Positions 62,301-64,000 of a stretch of 64,000 nucleotides of DNA are shown one piece after another. Each line of letters begins with the position of its first letter. Positions within the stretch are counted from its first letter, which is position 1. Location: contig JAQGDQ010000110.1 of NCBI GenBank assembly GCA_030141605.1, forward strand, positions 62,001 to 126,000, read 5' to 3'. Made by a program: the position numbers and the translations under genes. A model generated the notes under the pieces. That model was not told the origin of the DNA, made no database searches, and was given only the letters and a program-made list of their open reading frames with translations. The stretch comes from Tubiluchus corallicola (lineage: Eukaryota > Animalia > Priapulida).

Positions 62301-64000
62301 CATTTAATCATGTTCAAAAACGCGTAAATTTTTCCACGTTTGATAATACGGATGACATGCTGAAGACATTTAATGTTGAGGGTACTCCACTGAATTTTTC
62401 CACAGCTGCTTCATCATTGAGTGATTTAAGTGTTCCATCGTGTGACAGAATGGACGGTGATGGGGAATTTCAAGAGTCGCGATCCAGACATAAGAGCGAC
62501 GAAAACAATCAGCTGATCAGTGAAGACCAATCAGAGACAAGTTCCATGTGCGACGAGGGAGACTACATTCTGGAGGATTTAATTCAAGAAGCAATGCCAA
62601 AAGGAAAGTCAAAGAAACACCCGTCTGGTGCAGGGATCGTAAAGAAATCACCGGATACTGCTACCTTAGCAGCTCCATATAATGCAGCAATATCAGCTGT
62701 AAGTGTCGAACTACCAACAGATACAGTTACTAGTTTTGCCATTGAAGGCACGCCTGCTTTACTCAGTGGAGCCACTTCACTAAGTGATCTGACTCTTGAC
62801 TCCAACGATGTTTACAAATCAAATGCTAATTCAGATTTGTCTAAACACGAGAACAAATTGCACAATGAGAATACTTCCTCATCACATCTCACTCAAATTG
62901 TTTCCGTTAAGCAAACATTCCCATCACAACCCAACCCGGATTCCGTGCGAAATTTTGCAGTAGAAGATACCCCAGTTGTATTTTCTCGATCTCATTCGCC
63001 TTTGAGTTGCATTACTATTAACGATGAGTCGAATTTTGAAACATGTTTTCCACATGTTCAGGCTGACAATTCATTGCAGTCTAGAACTTCACCTGATAGG
63101 CTTGGTGCCGTAGAAGTCGGCAAGATGGTTAATATTGATGATAGGGCAGTAAGTTTCTCAAGAAACAGTTCGCTAAGTTCATTAAGTATTGAGTCTATAG
63201 GTGCCGAACCAAGTGCTTCGGAACAAGCACTGCTTGACGAATGTATAAATGCAGCCTTGCCAAAGAGTAAAAGTGAGAGATGTCAAGCCTTTCAAGATAG
63301 AAAAAAGTTGAAAGGAAAGTGGAAGATTGAGAAGAAACTATCAGAGGAAAAAGAAGATGAAGTTGTCACATGCGTAGGTTATGAAAAAGTTGAGAGAGAT
63401 CTGAATGAGACTGAGAAAAAGACAGTAGACATCAGTGATGGAGAGGAAAGCGGAAAACAAAATGAAGAAACTGATGGCTCTGAGTCTACAAAAGAAACAG
63501 CAAGCGTTAATTCTGACTTGTCAAAATTTTCTGATGCTGATCTAAGTAAAATTGACTCGGATGCTGACATTGGTCCATTTGAAGAAATTGGGATTATACC
63601 AGACATGGCTATATCTGCTATAATGGATGAACCACAGCCGATGTTAGCGAGTGGTGTCTACAGCGAAGACATGTCTTGTAATTTTGAACAAAAGTGTTCA
63701 CTGCAGGAAGCCAATGACAGCAACGTAACTCCAACTAAATGCGTCCCGAAATTAAAAAATGGCCAGGAAATGGACTGTGTTGCCGAAGGCGAGCTCTCAG
63801 TTGATTCTGGTGCGGCTGGCAAAAGCGACATGGTTCGTTCTCACAATGACGAAATCAATCAAGTCATTGTGGAAAGCGGCAGAATTGCAAGTCAGTTAGG
63901 AAGCAGCTTGAGCAATGAGAATAACGATGCTGATGAAACTTTTCAAGCAACTGGCGATCTGGACATTACCTTGGAAGCAAACATCGTGTTGACTCATTTA
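59306..64000 (+). CDS. APC: APC giant exon: remaining armadillo repeats, 15-aa and 20-aa beta-catenin-binding repeats, CID/region B and SAMP motifs; open at the window end
   Basis: gtttcag|VTASVLRNLSWRAD...SALWNLSAHC...SNACGTLWNLSAR...HSKHKMISMGS; DQPVNYGLQF; ETDLDNPDQPTDFSKRYAE; TEGTPLNFSTSTSLTDL; YCLEGTPVCFSHVSSLSSL; ETPMMFSRSSSLGSLDSFE...ISPSELPDSP; DILAECINSAMP. Frame open wherever I checked; its absence from the ORF track fits having no stop inside the window. Confidence 0.96.
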   Translation, partial: MTASVLRNLSWRADLASKKILREVGAVTTLMKAAMVVQKESTLKSILSALWNLSAHCSENKADICAIDGTLEFLVSTLSYKSPSKTLAIIENGGGILRNVSSHIAVREDYRAVLRHLGCLQILLKHLKSPSLTIVSNACGTLWNLSARNAEDQQALWEMGAVGMLRNLVHSKHKMISMGSSAALKNLLSSRPLGAVFPQELSQKSGMPGLHVRKQKALEAELDQNLTETCENIDSSSPTGKSESDKRAHVGTFPRSGQEYHPRSLLQGSAVLIPSQASLSHRPIRRSESCNSVGSTQSDVSHDRMNRGRNVIARSNRLLVERYQRGHSASPDQRNLVRSQIMPPSCNDAEFGVKISALTASFQESTQPTNSTPSLDRRSLPCSPRTNKAGLGKAMYSKYANMARQYDSMSAEQDYENDQPVNYGLQFDESNSVVIDRDDRPPVQIDNYMRDNSHTDSVGHTVWHGQSNKSPYNSINHSFSSPAVGMAYEACHVQPTSGYAETDLDNPDQPTDFSKRYAEFSDTSEYHAQFFKNKVDRSVKFSLQDKDSPLPESQFYSQPCMDDDSVMQFHTEGTPLNFSTSTSLTDLTKEKDIEIMKANVKHETVSGVSSPDSRRADRGSPVRSDHSASPVSPRNETNYIKTEDDAKSQNAEDEHIKSYCLEGTPVCFSHVSSLSSLHSTEADNKVLDNTVVERENIMMVENVDDEEDTANPETRAVAVGDELTRGEDDTAEKVEDSQPAAKMVTFDTAGLPLETPMMFSRSSSLGSLDSFEQKSIHDDRSSVYSEFPSRLTSGMISPSELPDSPSESMPSSPKHKKPPSFPLDTKETASKNVANSKDTSKECQKLPENVFNDRKTAFATEGTPAQFSTVTSLSSLSFEEQCKTENEEVQEEPLLEASADSRRLSHEGEQEPPNNSKSGSDNASELSEISETENDQDILAECINSAMPWDKSKAKKNLKNIVGGEMTDSNVLARETTAGAKQGFHASEVPNFDGSSKKTFNHVQKRVNFSTFDNTDDMLKTFNVEGTPLNFSTAASSLSDLSVPSCDRMDGDGEFQESRSRHKSDENNQLISEDQSETSSMCDEGDYILEDLIQEAMPKGKSKKHPSGAGIVKKSPDTATLAAPYNAAISAVSVELPTDTVTSFAIEGTPALLSGATSLSDLTLDSNDVYKSNANSDLSKHENKLHNENTSSSHLTQIVSVKQTFPSQPNPDSVRNFAVEDTPVVFSRSHSPLSCITINDESNFETCFPHVQADNSLQSRTSPDRLGAVEVGKMVNIDDRAVSFSRNSSLSSLSIESIGAEPSASEQALLDECINAALPKSKSERCQAFQDRKKLKGKWKIEKKLSEEKEDEVVTCVGYEKVERDLNETEKKTVDISDGEESGKQNEETDGSESTKETASVNSDLSKFSDADLSKIDSDADIGPFEEIGIIPDMAISAIMDEPQPMLASGVYSEDMSCNFEQKCSLQEANDSNVTPTKCVPKLKNGQEMDCVAEGELSVDSGAAGKSDMVRSHNDEINQVIVESGRIASQLGSSLSNENNDADETFQATGDLDITLEANIVLTHL

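Larger units (their letters stand above)
41556..64000 (+). other. APC: Adenomatous polyposis coli gene, partial (5' exon(s) not located; runs off the right edge)
   Basis: Eleven phase-consistent exons: 41556-41739, 47898-48012, 49970-50164, 50984-51085, 51952-52165, 53643-53809, 54301-54418, 54837-55085, 55784-55885, 58074-58291, 59306->64000. Diagnostic APC peptides: GTKVEMVYSLLSMLGTHDKDDMS, CIAMRQSGCLPLLIQLLHG, ARARAAAALHNIVHSHPDDKKGRREARVL, MKLSFDEEHRHAM, LRRYAGMALTNLTFGD. Confidence 0.97.

Overview
AT-rich, intron-rich genomic DNA from an invertebrate bilaterian animal; it is not prokaryotic and contains no CRISPR array. Three spliced genes can be reconstructed by hand. (1) Eight phase-consistent minus-strand exons (12243->514) of a polycystin-1-like (PKD1L/REJ) gene, covering the end of the REJ region into the GAIN region and running off the left edge. 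(2) The first coding exon (31488-32394, TM1-TM6) of an alpha1-adrenergic-type GPCR, ending at the TM6 intron typical of that family; I could not find its TM7 exon in the window. (3) Eleven plus-strand exons of APC (41556->64000): coiled coil, armadillo repeats, 15-aa/20-aa repeats and SAMP motifs, open at the right edge, with the N-terminal exon(s) not found. The rest is a full-length but diverged 5S rRNA copy, 5S- and tRNA-derived SINE relics, many MITEs (hAT-, piggyBac-, PIF-, Tc1/pogo- and Kolobok-like), a LINE 3' end, foldback palindromes, and mini- and microsatellites. Most notable: an 82-bp x28 minisatellite that amplifies an exon's 5' splice site; a 189-bp x14 array carrying a decayed 5S internal promoter; an inverted duplication bracketing three in-frame exons; and the unresolved ADRA1/APC arrangement (nested gene, in-frame fusion or mis-join).
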